In this document: positions 61,022 through 64,000 of the stretch, one piece after another
How the letters are laid out: every line of letters begins with the position of its first letter
How positions within the stretch are numbered: the stretch's first letter is position 1
Made by a program: the position numbers and the translations under genes
DNA from: the human T2T-CHM13v2.0 reference genome, Homo sapiens
DNA length: 64,000 nucleotides
Direction: 5' to 3' (one strand)
Assembly: GCF_009914755.1 (NCBI RefSeq)
Contig: NC_060946.1
Notes under the pieces: generated by a model
The model's database searches: none
Seen by the model: the letters and a program-made list of their open reading frames with translations, nothing else
Told to the model about the DNA's origin: nothing

Positions 61022-62522
61022 TGACTGGATCACAGTCAAGTGGGCCTGGAGCCATATCACATGGCTGCTGCCTGGTCTGCAGCTGAATCTCTGATTGGCA
61101 GGCCTGCTATCAAGGCATAGGTTAGTGATGCAGTTTCTGCTGGATCCTCAGGAGAACTGGACTGCCTCTGATACCCTGATTGAACAGGACTGGAGCCAGG
61201 TCATGGGGCCACTTCTAGTTCTACAGTCAAGTCTTCAGATATCAGGCCTATTACCAAGGGCATGGACTGGTATAGCTCCCTGTGGGTCCCAGATTGAGCT
61301 CCTGCTGGTTTACTAGGTAGGTCCATGGGAAGACAGGACTGCCTCCAGACCACAGTAGAGCAGGGCTAGAGCCAAGTCACAGGACAGCTTTGGTGACCAC
61401 ATTTGGGTTCAAGATTGGTGGTCCTCTTATTAGGAGAATGGATGGTATGTCTTTCACCAGGTCCCAGGATGGGCTGGACTGTGCCCAGACGGGCAAAGCA
61501 AGACTGGAATGGAGTCACAGGGCTACTTTAGTGTCCATAGCTGACACTGAGATCAGCAGGCCTGTTACCAAGGGCATGTAAAGGCATCACTGAATTCCTG
61601 GGCAGGCAAGACTGACTGTGGTAGAGTGGGGCTGAAGCCAGGTCAGGGCTGCTTTAGTTTCTGCAGTCAGGACCATGGTTAGAAGGCCTGTTACTGGGGG
61701 CATAAATGGTCATGGTTCCTCCTAGGTGCTTAGTGGATGGGGCTAGTTGCAAGACCATGATCTAGTGGAGCTGGACCCAAGTCCATAGGAGGACAAAGCT
61801 GCTTTCAGTCTGCAACTGGGAACCTGTCACTGGTGTGTGGACCTGCCTTCTCAAAGCAGCTCTCCTTGGTTTTGGGCTTTGCTAGAGTTTTGCCACCTCC
61901 TGCCTGGATATTAAAACTCTTGCAAAGGCAGTTTTGTCCATGAATGGCTGCCAGATCATTGTTTGTGTGGGGAGAGGTGAGTGGAGGGCCTCCTGTTCTG
62001 CCATCTTGCTGATGTCACCCTAAGATGATTATTTGAATTCTTTGTCAGGCAATTTGTAGATCTTCATGTCTTTGGAGTCAGCCACTGGAGTTTCATTTTG
62101 TTTCTTTGGTGGTGTCATATTTTCTAATGCTTCCTGTTCTTTGAAGACTTAGATTGCTTTCTTCATGTTTGAAGAAGGAGTCATCTTTTCCACTCTTTAC
62201 TAACTTCAGGAGAGAAAGACCATCAATTAGCTAAGCTATAGATTCTGGGGGTCTCTCAGTCCTTTTCTGTGGGTGGTCCTTCCCTTTTAAGGGGGATGTC
62301 TTAGGATTTTGTCCCTTGTCTTCATTTCACAAATGAATAAAACAACCAGACCAGACATAAGTAAAGGAATACAGCACTTGAACAACACCTGAAAAAACAA
62401 CTAGACCTAACAGACATACACAGGATATTCTACCCAACAACATAATACACATACTTCTCAAGTATACATGGGACATTTTCAGGATAGACCATATAACACA
62501 TCACAAATTAATTCTCAATAGG

Positions 62523-62856
62523 GGCTGGGTGCAGTGGCTCACGTCTGTAATCCCAGAGTAATTTGGGAGGCTGAGGCGGGTGGATTGCTTGAAGCCAGGA
62601 GCTTGACATCAGCCTGGCCAACACGGTGAAACCCCATCTCTACTAAAAATACAAAAATTAGCTGGGCATGGTGGTGCGTGCCTGTGATCCCAGCTTCTTG
62701 GGAGGCTGAAGCGTGAGAATTGCTTAGGAGCCCAGGAGGTTGAAGCTGCAGTGAGCAGAGATTGTACCACTGTACTCCAGCCTGTACTTCATGACAAAGA
62801 AAATGTACCATTGTACCACTGACAGAACGAGACCCTGTCCCAAAAAAGGAAAAAAG
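62523..62856 (+). mobile_element. Alu (AluS-like) with a 35-nt internal insertion
   Basis: Alu consensus with an insertion at 62785-62819. Confidence 0.88.
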
Positions 62857-63080
62857 CTCAGTAGATTTAAAACGATAGACATCATACAAAGTGTCTTCTC
62901 TGACCACAACAGGATAAAGTTAGAAATCAATAACAGAAGATTTTAAAAAGTTCACAAATTAGTAGAATTTAAACAACACACTCTCAAACAACCAATGGAT
63001 CAAAGAAATCACAAAGAAATTATAAAATTCTTAAAGACAAATGAAAATGAAAGCACACTATATCCAAACTTATGGGTTGT

Positions 63081-63388
63081 GGCCAGTTGTGGTGGCTCAC
63101 ACCTGTAATCCCAGCACTTTGGGAGACTGAGGGAGGTGGATAGCTAGAGGTCAGGAGTTCAAGATCAGCCAGGCCAACATGGTGAAACCCCGTCTCTACT
63201 AAAAACACAAAAATTAGCTGGGAGTGGTGGTACGTGCCTGTAGTCCCAGCTACCCAGGAGGCTGAGGCATGAGAATTTCTTGAACCCAGGAGGCAGAGGT
63301 TGCACCACTGAGCTAACACCACTGCACTCCAGCCTGGGTGACAGAATGAGACTCTGTCTCAAAAAACAAAGAAACAACAAAAAACCAC
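63081..63388 (+). mobile_element. Alu (AluS)
   Basis: TSD aacttatg(g/a)gttgt. Confidence 0.9.
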
Positions 63389-63651
63389 AACTTATGAGTT
63401 GTGGTGAAAGGAGTGCTAAGGAGGAAATTTATAGCTATAAACACATTAAAAAAAGAAACACCTCAATTCAACAACATAAGTTTACACATTAAGAAACTAG
63501 AAAAAGAAGAATGAAACTAAACCCAAAGTTAGCAGAAGGAAGGAAACAATAGAGATCAGGGCAGAGATAAATGGAAAAGAGAATAGAAAAACAATAAAAA
63601 ACAAAACCAAAAGTTGGTTCTTCAAAAAGATTAATAAAACTGACAAGACTA

Positions 63652-63945
<294 letters not shown>

Positions 63946-64000
63946 CTAAATTACTTAAAACAGAAATGTATTTGAGAATATCTTTATATATTTCTGTCTG

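Overview
This is GC-rich primate (very probably human) genomic DNA that I recognise as 22q11.21, the DiGeorge region. From left to right it holds three genes. (1) The 5' end of RTN4R (Nogo-66 receptor) on the minus strand: a 22-nt first coding exon at 3190-3211 inside a CpG island, with intron 1 running off the left edge. (2) After about 31 kb of intergenic DNA, an unprocessed proline dehydrogenase pseudogene (PRODHLP) on the plus strand at about 35040-48910, with a nonsense codon, a multi-exon deletion and 3' indels. (3) The complete 5-exon DGCR6L gene (220 aa, minus strand, CDS 50000-55311), tail-to-tail with the pseudogene. The rest is Alu, L1, MIR, LTR and DNA-transposon sequence, including three solo LTRs with target-site duplications (TSDs) and a young AluYa5. 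I found no prokaryote-type system, RNA gene or CRISPR array. The best leads are a 34-bp VNTR that sets the reading frame of DGCR6L's last intron, an in-frame alternative RTN4R first exon, a uORF overlapping the RTN4R start codon, and a pseudogene that carries known PRODH disease alleles yet keeps an open, potentially NMD-escaping internal ORF. Gene, variant and repeat-family names come from recall, not database searches.
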